Assembly: GCA_030704615.1 (NCBI GenBank)
Contig: CM060734.1
Span: 29,698,001-29,762,000, forward strand
Reading direction: 5' to 3'
DNA from: Takakia lepidozioides
Lineage: Eukaryota > Plantae > Bryophyta
Length of the DNA stretch: 64,000 nt
Positions within the stretch are counted from its first letter, which is position 1. Every line of letters begins with the position of its first letter. A model generated the notes under the pieces. That model did not search any database. It saw only the letters and a program-made list of their open reading frames with translations, and was not told the DNA's origin. The position numbers and the translations under genes are program-made. Below are positions 51,601-64,000 of the stretch, in pieces.

Positions 51601-54600
51601 TCCTGCTTGTTGTAAGTTAGACATGTATCGGCAGTCCCTTTTAAATATCTAATTACTCTCTTGAGTGCTTTCCAATGCGGAGGTCCTGGGTTGTGCATGA
51701 ACTTACCGCTCCCACTGCATAGGCAATGTCTGGCCTGGTGCCAATCATTGCATACATCAGAGATCCCACGGCTTGCTGATATGGAACCTAGCCATTTCCT
51801 CAATCTCACTTGGAGATTTTGGCTCCATTTCCTTACTCAGCTTATAGCCGGTTTCCAATGGTGTTGGTGCTGGTTTGCAGTCCTGCATACCAAACTTCGC
51901 AACAACATTCTTGACATACCTTTCTTGGCTCAACTTTATAGTTCTCGCCTTCCTGTCCCTCAGAATCTTGAGTCCAAGTAGGTAGTTCACGGCTCCAAGA
52001 TCAACCATCTTGAAGATTTCACTCAAATCATGCTTCTGCCTGCGCATGGGATCCTTTGTTGTCACTGATCAGTAGCAGGTCATCCACATAGAGTGCTATT
52101 ATCATGACACCTGATGTCATGTAGTAAATGCTTTGATCAGCTGTACTCCTCACCAAACCTTGGCCTATCAAGTAGCTATTGATCTTCTGCGTGTTTGAGT
52201 CGATATAAAGATTTCTTGAGCCAGCACACCTTATCACCTTCTTGGAAGCCTTCCGGTTGTTTCATGTACATCTCCTCCTGGAGATCCCCATTCAAGAATG
52301 CAGTCTTCACGTCCATGTGTTCTATCTCCCAGTCATGCTTTGCTGCCAATACCAGCAAACATCGTATGGAGGTGAACTTTACCACTGGCGCAAAAGTTTC
52401 ATTGTAGTCGAGCCCTGCAGTCTGTGTGAAGCCTTTTGCCACAAGTCTGGCCTTGTACTTCACTACCTCATTGTTGGGTCCTCTTTTCACTTTGAAAACC
52501 CACTTGCGATCTACCGCCTTTCTACCTTCAGGCAGTGTTACCAGCTCCCAAGTCTGGTATTTCTTCAGAGATTTCATCTCCTCCAGTACAGCTTCCTCCC
52601 ACTCATTGGCATCATCACTTGCCAAAGCGTCTTTGAGAGTGGCTGGCTCCTCTGCATCATCAAGGGCATGGAAACAACTTTCCATCTGCCCTATGTCATC
52701 CATAGTCAGACCAGTCAATCCTTCTGCCACCTTAACTCCAGACCTTTCTGGGGGTTTGCTGATCCTTCCTGACCGTCTAGGCCCCGCATCCTTATCAATA
52801 GGATCTTTATCCTGATCTCCAGAATCTTGATCCTCTTCTGGTTTCGTCGCCACCTTCTCCCTTCGAGTGTAGACCTTTAGTACTGGTTGTTCCCTTTCTT
52901 CTTCTCCCACATCAGGGATTGTCACAAGAACAGACAGACCCTTGGGGGTTGTCTCTTTCATAAAACTATCCTCATCAAATAGGACATCTTTACTCCTGAT
53001 TGACCTCCTGGTTCTAGGATTGTAGACCTTGTACCCCTTGCATCCTGGATCATACCCGATGAAGATGCATATTTCTGACTTGGCATCCAACTTGCTCCTT
53101 TGCCCGTTAGGTATCAATGCATAAGCAGCACAACCAAAAACTCTTAGATGCTTCAGGTTTGGCTTCTTCCCACTCCGTTCCTCCTCTGAGTCATGTCTGT
53201 CGTGTGGGACTCATGGGTGGCAGTGTTGATGGCCTCTCCCCAAAACTCTGTTGCAAGGCCTGAGGTCTGTAGCATACGTCTAGCCTTCTCAACCAGTGTT
53301 TTGTTCAATCTCTCTGCCACTCCATTCTGGACTGGACTTTCCCTCGCTGTTACTTGGCTCTTTATGCCTCTCTCAGTAAGATAGCTCTTGAATTCCTGAT
53401 TTAGGAATTCCCCCCCTCCATCACTCCTGAGAACCTTGACTTTCGGGTCTAGCTGATTTTCAACTTCATGCACAAATTTCTTAAATGCCTCCAGCACTTG
53501 ACCTTTCTCTCTCAGGGTGTACAAGAGGAGGTCTTTCTACTCATGTCATCAGTGAGCAATGTTGTCTTCATGGGGCCACACACATCTGTGTGTGTGTATC
53601 AACTCTAGCCTTTCCTTGGCTCTTGTGGCAGATTCCTTGGGCATTGGTGATTTGTGCTATTTCCCTTTAGCACATCCTTCACAGAACTGTAGCTCATGTG
53701 GCCAGTCCACCATCAGCCCCATCGCCAATTTTTGAAGATCCTTGATCCCTTGTGTCCCCAAGTGACCCAACCTTCTATGCCAGAATGGTACGGTGACCTT
53801 TGTGTCCCCAACATTGGCCTCCTCCGGAGTAACAGACGTACTCAGAAGCTTGTAGAGTCTCTGCTCCTTCACTCCATAGCAGAGTTCCTTGTTGCCCTTC
53901 TGGATGCTGCAAGTCTTGTTTCTGGAAGATGACATCATACCCAAGGTCATCCAAGTTACTAATAGAGATCAGGTTTTTTTGCTAAGTCTGGCACGTACAG
54001 GACTTTCTAAAGGATACAACGGGTAACCTTACTTTTCTTCAGAGATTTCATCTCCTCTAGCACAGCTCCCTCCCACTCATTGGCATCATCCCTTGCCAAA
54101 GCGTCTTTGAGGTTGGCTGGCTCCTCGGCATCATCAAGGGCATGGAAACAACTTTCCATCTGCCACATTAGCTCCAAACCTTTCTGGGGGTTTGCTGATC
54201 CTTCCTGACCTTCTAGGCCCCGCATCCTTGTCAATAGGATCCTGATCTTCAGAATCTTCATCCTCTTCTGGTTTCTTCGCCACCGTCTCCCTTTGAGTGT
54301 AGACCTTTAGTACTGGCTGTTCCCTTTCTTCTTCTCCCACATCAGGAATTGTCATTGGCAAGGTGCCAAACAAGGTCATAACCTAAAATAACTCAGTCAT
54401 TGGCTCTCCTCCAGCAACTATTTCCATACACATGCCTCTAACCCTTGCAATGTGAACAGATGTACTCTCACATTCTCCCATTCTCATGTCCATGAGCTGT
54501 TTCCACAAGACAAGTGTTTTCCCTATCACATCTGTCTGGTACAGTTTGCCTAACCTCTGCCAGACCTCATGAGCAATTTTAAGGCCCATTACCAACTCTA

Positions 54601-57387
54601 TCAGCTCTGATCTCATGTTCATGATCAGAGATGCCAATGCAAGCTCATTCTTTTGGTTCCATGTAGCTTCCTTCAAGTTATCCTCTGAAGGCTCCTTAGT
54701 CACTATTGACCATAGGCCCTTTGAACAGAGTAGAACGTCCATCTTGTAAATCCAACTCCTGTAGTTGTTGCCATCAAGTAGCTCATTTGTCCAAGTAGTT
54801 GTAACATTTTGTGGGAATAGCTCATGGACATGAGAATGGGAGAAGGGTTAGAGGCACGTGTATGGAAATAGTCGCTGGAGGAGAGCCAATTACTGAGTTA
54901 TTTCAGGTCATGACCTTGTTTGGCACCTTGTGGGCCCATAACCTGTTAGAAACTAGACCTGTCCTCACTCTAGAGATATTGACAGGAAGCTTCTATTCAC
55001 AAGCAGCAGTACAAAACCTTGACAACTGAATAAGACAAGAAGTTAGTACTAACAAAAACTCGAGTCCTTGCTCCCTACTACAAAAGAAAGCCTACAGGGT
55101 TGACAGTAGATGCTGGACTTCTCCTCCTCTTCTCTGCAATCTACTAGGATAGCACATCAACCTACGTGCTAGAAGAAGTGATGGGCATTGCCTCAGCCTT
55201 CCCCTTAACTCCTACACAGGTTCTGGTGCAACCTTCTGGTAGAACCATCCCTAGCCGTAAAAAAAAACCCTGACAGAACCTTAGCTAACAGTCCCAATGG
55301 TTACTAAGTCTGAGCTTACTTCTAACAGAGCACACAGAGGGATTTGCTTCCCCTTGGCTGCCGATTAGAAACGATATTGTCTCCACCTCCCCTGTCGTGC
55401 AAGCAGGGCTCATATCCTGAGGGTTGGTATCAGCACATGGGAACCAACTCTGAAATTGCCTAAAACTCACGTGAGAGAAATGTAACGTGTATGTGAGGTG
55501 CTGATTTTTACACCTATCTTGAAGTTTGTTATAAAGTACCATTTCTTTTGTTTGTTTCTTGCTCTCTGGCTTATTATACCCTCAAGATGGTGAGTGCAGG
55601 TTATGACAGGAACAGAGTCAGGAACTATCTTGGTGTGGGATGATTCGCTGATCAAGTGTCAACTAAAAATGCCGGGAGGTTTGAATTGTCATGAGGGCAT
55701 GGTTGAATACTTATTCCTAGATGAGGACGTCCGCCAAATGACCACTGCTGGCGCTGATGGCTACATTCGATTCTGGAACCTTGACGTACTCATCCATAGC
55801 CTACCATATTTCTCATTAAGCCAAATGCAAACCTAATATGAGGATCATATTGCTTAGAATGAGGGGTCCTCTCCTCTCTTCTCCTGCCTGACACCCGTGG
55901 ATTTCCAAATGAGTGCAAAGGAAATGCTGTTGTGGCTGTAGATAACTTTCACAACAACAGTCTTGTTATCAATCTATTTATATTGATGTGGACAGACCTT
56001 GACTGAGGAATAGGATTGGGAAGTGGTTGGAAGCAGCCAATGACGGCGATGACAAGCTAGTGTGTGAAATTCTTCCCACTAAAGAAGTGCAAGTTGGTCC
56101 GAGGTGTAAAATCAGAGGCCTCCTTTGTGAACCAGACCACTGGATAATTCAGGTGCTTATCGTCTTTTGTCTTGGCATGACCTTAAACTTTTGCGTCATG
56201 TAGTCAATGAACGGGTTCAATGTTACGTAAAGAAAGAGGTTGCCTCTTTTTACAGGGCTTCTCATGGCAATTGGACCCTCATGCTGGCAGGATGAAGGTG
56301 GAGCCTTATGGAGAGCCAAGTATCCATCATTTGAGATCGAGAAATTGTTGGAGTTTTTTGCAGGACCTATTATAGCGGTTGCAAGCTCACCAATCAGTTC
56401 CCACCTTGTATCCATTGGTTCAGATGCGACGGTAAGTCTTTCTACCAGGAACTTGCATGCTTAACCCACGATACAACAAAATGCACTGAGGGTAATGAGA
56501 AGAATGGTCCCTGTGGAGACAAAACTTCTCGTCATGAAATTGAACTTCCACATCTTATAGTGGAGAAATCCATCCACTCAGTTCTGTTGAGGTTACAATC
56601 ATGTATGTGGTCAACAAAGCACAGTTAGGGAGATCGAGCTCCTGTCAGTTCTTAGTGCAGAAAAGCCTTTCCTATTTATAGAAGAGTTCCTAGTACTAAA
56701 CTAAAGCTAAGACAAGTCTGTCTTGTTAGCACCCTGTTGTTCTTCACATATCCGTGCAGGAGAGCGTACGATAATGTATGTGGTCACCAAAGCACAGTTA
56801 AGAAGACCGAGCTCCTGTCAGTTCTTAGTGAGGAGAAGAGCCTTTCGTAATCATAGAAGAGTTCCTAGGACTAAACTAAAGCTACAATTCTATCTTGGTA
56901 GCATTTAATCATCCCTGTTGTTGTTAACATATGTTCTCATTCTCGTCCTCTTTCCTGAATCAGGACCATTGCTGTGGAGACTCTTCTGACTTCAATTTAG
57001 TGTATTTAAAAAGAACTATATACTATCAGCACCTTTCCTCTTCCCTCTCCCCTGTCAGCATTCCAACAATATGTGTCACTCAGTTGCTTTTCCCCTAGAA
57101 TGTGGTCGTAATGGTGGTTGATATCTTGTGCAAAGTCACAGTGATTTAGACAGTTGGACTTCTTATTGTTGGATGGAGGTCCACAGGTACGATTGTACAG
57201 CTTCAAGGAGCCCCGAGAAATCTATACCAGGCGCTTCAATGGACCATGCAGTGCTCTCTTGTGGCTGCCCTTGTCTGTTGATAAAAGCGGTCTAAGTGTG
57301 GCTGTTGGTTTCAAAGATGGTGTGGTACGTGTGCTGGAGCAAACTGCGGACCACTGGAGGCTTACCCATGCCATGAAACCCCACAAA
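48685..57387 (+). CDS. CFAP44: Cilia- and flagella-associated protein 44 (WD40), 5' exons; no later exon found in the window
   Basis: Phase-0 exons 48685-48768, 49330-49440, 49487-49564, 49715-49786, 55600-55785, 56024-56152, 56291-56431 and 57187-57387. They encode SFGLE/GSRRNN, TSGVGHVRFWKMASTFTGLKL, TAGADGYIRFW and VGFKDGVVRVL..KPH, matching recalled CFAP44/WDR52 sequence. Confidence 0.88.
50100..50722 (-). mobile_element. LINE ORF2 3' fragment in a CFAP44 intron (target of the copia insertion)
   Basis: YLS..ALGRFGVHSHSLWIATGRW..HC..YEI resembles a LINE C-terminal zinc-knuckle region; probably continues past 55333. Confidence 0.65.
50723..55327 (-). mobile_element. Ty1/copia LTR retrotransposon, rearranged and defective
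   Basis: LTRs 50723-51113 and 54944-55327 (TGTTAG..CTAACA); 5-bp TSD gagca; PBS ggttatgggccc next to the 5' LTR. Gag, GAG-pre-integrase WHRRLGH, INT RSDGGGEF..NGVAER, RT KARLVAKG..MDVKTAFLNG..YVDD, RNase H ADALTK. Confidence 0.95.
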
Positions 57388-58069
57388 GTCAGCCATCCTT
57401 AGAAACCATGCCCTTGCACATCTTTGCACAAACATTGACAGAGTCAAGAAATTTCATGCAGCTACCAATGCAGAAATAAACTAGTGATAAGATCTTACTT
57501 ATCAAGATGTGTAAAGGAATTTGTGTTTCACAACACAATTGCTGTTTGATTATCAGGTAACAGGTCGGTTAGCAAGTCTGCATGACCAACTGTTCATGAA
57601 CAGTCATTCATATCTTAGCTTCTCTGGTGTTGAAGTATTACCCTTGTCTATCTGGGCTTTTGGGATCTAGCAACCAAAAGTGTGCTTAGAGGTCAAGTAA
57701 TTTTGAAGTCCAAGCCCCTTTTGTAGCAGTACATTGAGAGCATGTAAGCCATCTGTAGTGCAAATATTTTCTGGCATGTGAGAATTAGGCCCCCTGTGGA
57801 CGGTGTCAAGTTATTTTCTTTCTGGGGGAGATTCCACTATCTATTCCGTGGGACTCAATCTCTCACTGAAGTCTTCCAGTATGATTGGGCTTCTTTTTTA
57901 CTTTGGTTTTGTCTCCTCTCTCTTGTTTTTTTCCATTTTGTCCCATAAGCTCTTTGAATAAAGTGCCATTTCATTTCATTTCATTTCAGTTCTTTCTTTC
58001 TTTCAGTTCTCTGCTTCTTCTTCCTGCCCCTGTCTCTCATCAAGCCTCTCCTTTGCGTCAGTACTCCAC

Positions 58070-60725
58070 AAGGAGTGCTGATGTTCAAACGCTTCGGGAC
58101 CAAATCTCCATCTTACAAACGAAATGCATCTCGGAGGAGACTCTGCAGCAAGTGCTCGCTGCCCGTGACAATGACTCGAAGGAGCGGTTGGCTTCCCTAG
58201 ACAAAGACTGGGAGACGCGGATGGCTTCCCTTAACAAAAATTGGGAAAAGCGCATGGATTCCTTGGACAAAGATTGGTAGAAACGCTTGACTTCCTTGGA
58301 CAAAGATTGGCAGAAGCGCATGACAGACAGATACACAAACTTGGAGAACAATATGCGAGTTCAAGACAGCGTTTTGCGGGCCTCTCTTCAGGAGTGCACT
58401 AGCAAACTTCAAGGTCTGGCGAAACATCTCAATGACAAATCCACACATACGCGCCTTTCAAAACTTGAAGGCGAAGTGAAGACCTTCACAGAGAAGAGCC
58501 TCCCACATCCCCCTCACAGCAAGCATCCACCTGCACGTGGAATCCCTTAGCAAAGAGCTGGAAACACACAGAACTGCGATGTCTACAATGGCTCGGGAGC
58601 TTCAAGCTCACAAGGCAGAGGCCTCCTCCTGGGCTAATATAGTTAAGGGGAGCACATCCAACAACAGTCCTCACTCTCTGGAGGAGACAGTCTCGGCTAC
58701 CTTGCGATAGGAACAGCAACGGGCTTTCAAAGCCCTTAACATCAGGGTCACTGGGAAGCTAGGGGGCCTTGCTGAGGGGGACCCTCTTGACGCTGCCACC
58801 AGCCTTATTCAGCAAAACCTTGCTCTCCCACGGGGCGCGAGTGGCATTGAAAGGGCTTAGCGTGCAGGATCTTCAGAGCACAAAGTCCTCTTCATTAGAT
58901 TCAAGGACAAGGGTTCTCGGGATAGAGTCCTCAGGCAGAGGCCTCAATTGAGAGGTCAGGGTATGTACCTCAACGATGACTTGACCCCTTTGCAATACAA
59001 CGCCATGCGGGCGCAACTCTTGCAGGTTAAGCAAGCTCGAGCTCAAGGGCACTATGCCGTGTACCGAGATGGGAGGGTAATTGTCCGGGAGCACGAACGT
59101 CGCCCCTCTAGCTCTAAATAGGGGTTGGGGCACCATGAGACCAACGCACGCTCACATCTACACATTGGCTCATGGAACTGTAATGGCTCGTTGTGGAGCC
59201 ACCCTCTAGGGCTTCTAGATATTCTTTCCAAGTGTGATGTTCTTTTTCTTTTGGAAACTCATGCGTATGAAGGAAATGACCCCCCTTTTATTCTCGGGTA
59301 TAGCTTTCAGTCAGTGATTCGTCCACGTACAGGTCTCAAAGGATCTGGAGGTGTGGCTTGTTACTTTGCTGACTGGCTTCTCCCACTTATCTCCTTCCCA
59401 TACAAAGACCCACTGGCAAGGTACAATTGGTGTCACATCAAAGGCTACAACATCCTGCTGGCGGGATGTTATTTTGCTCCGGCCGCATCCCCGCACAGCA
59501 GCCTACATATTCGAACAGATTCACCATATGTTCCATTGGAAGACGATATGGCCCGTCTCCGTACCCCACAAACGGACATTTTCTTGGTTGGAGATTTCAA
59601 CGCCCGTACATGATCACTACAGGCCCCCACCTTCGACCACACAGATCCTCTACGCATCCAACGCTCGCATACGGAATTGGAGAGGCAAAGTGCAGATTCC
59701 TCTTGCGAAATCACAAGTTACGGTCACCATCTACTCAAGTTTTGTGAAACTCAGGGGCTGTCCATTTACAATGGAACAACCAACTTCAAATCCTCCAGCC
59801 AGTTCACTTGCCACACGTACAAGGGCCAAAGCGTGGTTGACTATCTCTTGGGGAGCCCCAACAAGCCCGATAGAATAAGCTCCTTTTACATCACAAGGTA
59901 CCCGGATTCTGATCACTCTTGCCTTTCCTTTGCATTTCCTTCCATCTCCCTCCCCGTGAGGATCCCCTCTGTGTCTCTTCCTTTACACCCACGTATCCAC
60001 TTTAATACCCATTTCTCTCACTTACACGACGCCGAGTATGAAACATACCTAGCGTCAACCCTCCCTTCCATTCTACATCTATCATCTCCTAACGACAAGG
60101 CTACACATCTTACTCAAGCCCTTTGGGACTCAGCCCTGCGATCCTTTCCCGTCACCCTTCCATCTACCTCCTCACCCTTCTCCACTTGTCGTTACGCACC
60201 ATTTTATGATGAGGAATGCAAGACTGCTAGACGTCGCATTTTTACTACTTGATACCAATTCTTCTCCAGAGTCCACTAATCTTGCTCTTAAGCACTATAG
60301 GTCCCTCATTAGATCCAAAAAGCAAGCCTACACTATCAAGTTGCAATCTTCTTTCCTTGCTAAAATCAGATTTTCTCCTCGATCTTTTTGGTCCCTCCTT
60401 AAACCTCATAGAGACCCCCCCCCCAATCACTAACATTCATGTCTGGCATGAGTATGCACAGTCTTTGTACCATTCCCCAACCCAAACTTCTTCTCCTATA
60501 ACCTCTAAACCCCTTCACTTCTCTCTCTTTACTACAGCCAATGTCAGTAAGGCAATCAAGAAGCTGCAAAATGGCAGAGCGGTGGACATTTCAGGACTTC
60601 AGAGTGAATTCATCAAGCATGCTGCACCTACTTTAGCCCCTTTTATAGCTAACCTCTTCAATGAGGTGGTGCAACGGGGTTTTCCAACAGAGTGGACAAA
60701 GAGCATCATCCACCCACTTTTTAAG
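58070..60725 (+). mobile_element. LINE (CR1/L2-like ORF1 plus APE-RT ORF2), truncated at the start of RT
   Basis: ORF1 coiled coil and MYLNDDLTP motif; APE IGSWNCNG, LLETH, GGVA, VGDFNAR, VDYL, DSDH; RT start FPTEWTKSIIHPLFK; stops and frameshifts. Confidence 0.88.
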
Positions 60726-60915
60726 CAACGACGCAATGGCGTGAGCGTTGCGCGTGAGCGCGCGAGCGTACGCTCACGCCAGCTGATGTGGCGTAAGCCT
60801 GCACCCACGCTGACGTGGCGTGAGCGTCATGTCAGCATGCTGATGTGGCGGCATGACGTGGCACTGTCCGTCATCTGCCACGTCAACATTAACATGCGCC
60901 GCCTATAACCGAGGA
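60726..60915. mobile_element. DNA-transposon terminus (hAT-like CAACG..) with gctgacgtggc subterminal repeats
   Basis: caacgacgcaatggcgtgag... is homologous to the reverse complement of 24145-24375 and truncates the LINE. Confidence 0.6.
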
Positions 60916-61333
60916 TGGTTCTATGACCGTGGAATTAATGCAGGGAATCTTGCCTAAATATAATCAAGACTACCATGAGGCCTACAATTGTAGCATCCAA
61001 CATTGTGCAATTACAAATGCTTGTTTCACTTTTACAATTACGAGGACGAAAATATCCTCACAAAGTGTGCGCCATAGAGGCTGCCACGAGAAGACCTTCC
61101 TCCCTCCTCAAATAACAATGAGAGTTAGGATCATCTTCAAAAGATGATTGTAGTGCATAGCGACAGCAAGACATATAGACTTCGAACGGTGCAATGACAA
61201 ATGTGCTTTTAAAAGTTGCCACTCAGAGCTCACTCCGTACAGTTGGAGGCCATATCATTTCACCGCCGACGAATTGATGTGAATTACACATTTCAAATCA
61301 TGGTCGTCCACATACCACATTGCATAGTTGATG

Positions 61334-64000
61334 CTACCCATGTGTTGTATCCCGCTGCAATAGAGTATCGACCTCGTTGAAACTCATAGTGGCCTGGTGA
61401 ATGAAGTTGTCACGTTTGGGATCGCAAACCATCCTCTTCAAAAATATGAAATACAAATGTTTGCAGGGTATGAATTTACCTCTCTTGCCCAAAGTGGTTG
61501 ATAGCATATTCACAAAATCAAGACATGTGCAATTGGGGAAATTGGAAACCATGATGTCGTAGGTCCTGTCATGAACAGCAGATGTGGAAGTGATGATTGT
61601 GAATACCCGACCATATCCTGGATCGGGTACTTCCGTGGTGCTTCCAACACGAGCTTGGAGCATTCTTGCGGACTCCACTTTGCCAAAGTGTTCAGCGGTT
61701 GGAGGGAAACGCCGAACGAGCTTTCCATCTCGTTTGGTTGGCCACAAGTCAGGATTTGCCGGGGGGACCCGGGAGGACGCAAAAGTAGTAGCACATGCAT
61801 GAAGTTGGGGTTGTCTCGCAAGGGAAAAGTCTGCCTCCTCCAGCATTCAATCTCCTGAAATCTGAGATGTGTTCCCACCTTCACGGGCCAAACGGTTGGA
61901 GGAGATGGCTTCATCACTACGGAAGGACGCACAGTTCCATGCACACATCTGGCACAATCATCTGCGCAGAACCAGAACTTGTGGTTCTTGGCTTCTGGTT
62001 GACCGTATGGACGCATCAAACCCGTGAAAGTCGGAGCAGGAGTTCGGGCACCACCTCTGGATATAGATGAAGTGCACTTCTCGAAATTAGTTGCCCTGAT
62101 CGCTGTACATTTCACACGAGACCCTACACTTGTGCGTTCTATGTGCCAAACGTGGTCGGGGCATGCGGACTCAAGCACATCAAGGGGGTTGTTTCTCTCC
62201 TGCACCATTTCAGTGGCACTATTTGATGCTGGAGCTTGCCGTCGTGTTGGAGGTTCCTCCACAATGGAGGTTTCGGACATGGAGCTGTCATGCAGGGGAA
62301 CACGAGGCTTCGAGAAGTTATCACGGTCTGCCCTGTGCGAATCGGAATCCGAACCAGATGTCCTCTTACAGGAGCTGAATCTCTTCTCCCCTTCAAGATG
62401 TGGAACTCTAGAAACAAGTGGCGTTCCCTGGGCATACATGCTCACCGCCCGTGCTATCTTGATTGGATCCCCAGATCTGTTTGTAGCACGCAACATCAAC
62501 TCCCATTTGTCCGGACCCTTGCCACCAACCCCACCTCGCAAGAAATCACGGTATCGGGTTTGTTGTTGCGAGGCACGTATCAAATCATTTGTTGTTGCCA
62601 CATACAAATCCCGACCTCGTTTCCCAGACTGCTGCAACCATGCATTGTGCACAGTTTCTGCCAAATTGCAAGATGGCATGTCCGCCATTTCCTCAATGGA
62701 CATGTTCTGCAAAGTGAAGAACCACACTTCAAAACAGTGAACAGAAAACAACATAAAGAAAGCGAGGACACAATAAAATGGAAAGTAAATATATAAAAAA
62801 ACAAGAAATATAAGCCTCGTACCACTGGCATGGCTGCTCCCCACTGTCTATACCGGAAGTGCCAAAACGCCAGCCAATCTTCCAATGCTGTCATACTCTC
62901 AAGTGATGCAGCTCCAGAAGAGAACCACCAGGCACGAATTGTCTGGAACAAAGTGTCCGCCTCCTTCATTGTTGTAGCATCTTTGTACTCTTTGCACAAT
63001 TTACGGTGCTGAGTCTGCATCTCTGGTTTGATGTCCGACTTTGTATGTTTTTCCAGAGATTGTGTCCAATGAAATAGACATGTACACTCTCTTCCTCGCA
63101 TTGGCACTTTTGGGTCGCCCGATCCGAAGACAATACGAGCAGCATTGAAATTTGCTTGAGCACTATCCGCCATGAAACCTTCGAAATTTGGAGATGGCAG
63201 CCCATGACACGTATCAGAGAATTCTACATGAGCTTCTGGGATTCTGTATCCTCGGATTGCATGTCACAAACTGCAATTGTCATAACTCGTTGGTACACTG
63301 GATCGTAGACACGACAAGCCATTGTCGTCCAATCCTTCACTCGTTTCACATGATCAAACATAAGAAAACAGTTCTGCAAGTCCCCAGTCTTTTGCATCCG
63401 CTTCACGAGGCTAACCCCACTGCCCTCCCCAACAGTTGACATTTTGAAAAGAAAAACTTTGATGGCACCTTGACCTGGGAATATATTGTCCTGGATGTAA
63501 TCGTACTTGCTCACTCGTTTCAACTCCAAAATGTTGTCTATGTAGCCTCTGATACCAGAGCCCATTCTTAATGCATTGATCTGATGCCAAATGTTAGGTA
63601 AACTCAAAGTGGAGGAATGATCCATGACCAGGTCCAATGCTGCACCGTCAAGTTTAGTCCCCACAGAATCCCCTTCACTCAAAATATGGCTTTCCAAGAA
63701 GGACTTGCTTGCGCCAAGAGCAATTGCAGATGTTGTTGCGGATGGGTTTCTCCCGAACTCATGTTTAATCAACCTCGATACTGTCTCAACACTGTCCCTG
63801 TAATCCCCCTTCGAGACAGGATGGTTATGGAATCCGAAATGCACACAAGCTCTTGTCATTGTTTCCAAACAGTGGACAACATAGTACATTCTTACTCCGA
63901 AGAGCGCCAAGCAGGATGGCACAAGTTTGCCCGAATTTGCAGACGAAAGTGTTTGCCGGTGGTGGGGCAGTCCCAGGCTGAAATGGATTTTCCGCCAGAC
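61334..64000 (-). pseudogene. Second MULE transposase (same family as 14380-17625); 5' part lies outside the window
   Basis: FDHVKRVKDW, FMADSAQANF, CLFHW, CNLAETVH, SWIM CTCLDF..PCKHL; GT-AG intron 62822-62707; frameshifts. Confidence 0.88.

Noticed and set aside
56590-56900. Functional intronic repeat
   Set aside because: An ordinary ~180-bp-spaced local duplication with no further structure.
60726-60915. TIR of the second MULE
   Set aside because: It starts with CA(A/G)CG (hAT-like), does not resemble the first MULE's ends, and cannot be paired within the window.

Overview
Repeat-rich nuclear DNA from a seed-free land plant, inferred from the flagellar gene CFAP44, PLS-type PPR remnants, and plant PCO and ferredoxin genes. 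Positions 1-37 kb are a nest of transposons. A decayed Ty3/gypsy element carries a DNMT3-like C5 cytosine methyltransferase inside its polyprotein. Its integrase is interrupted by an 11.3-kb Mutator-like element (MULE, 6904-18242, 9-bp TSD). That MULE carries a DDE/SWIM transposase, a divergent spliced cargo gene encoding a ParB/Srx-like domain fused to a beta-class N4C/N6A DNA methyltransferase fold, and an array of ~13 CGCCGGCG palindromes. Next come LTR remnants and Dualen/RandI-like LINE pieces; one has an exact 39-bp-period array of CAGCTC-NNN-GAGCTG palindromes with variable spacers, another a tetraloop-rich structured 3' end. Positions 38-48 kb hold host genes: ferredoxin, plant cysteine oxidase and a ZCCHC10-like zinc-knuckle protein. 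Positions 48.7-57.4 kb hold the 5' exons of CFAP44, apparently missing ~105 aa, with a copia element in one intron. A LINE and a second MULE transposase follow the last exon found. The best candidate for an undescribed system is the MULE-borne ParB-methyltransferase with its palindrome array. All homology calls come from motif recognition by eye, not database searches.
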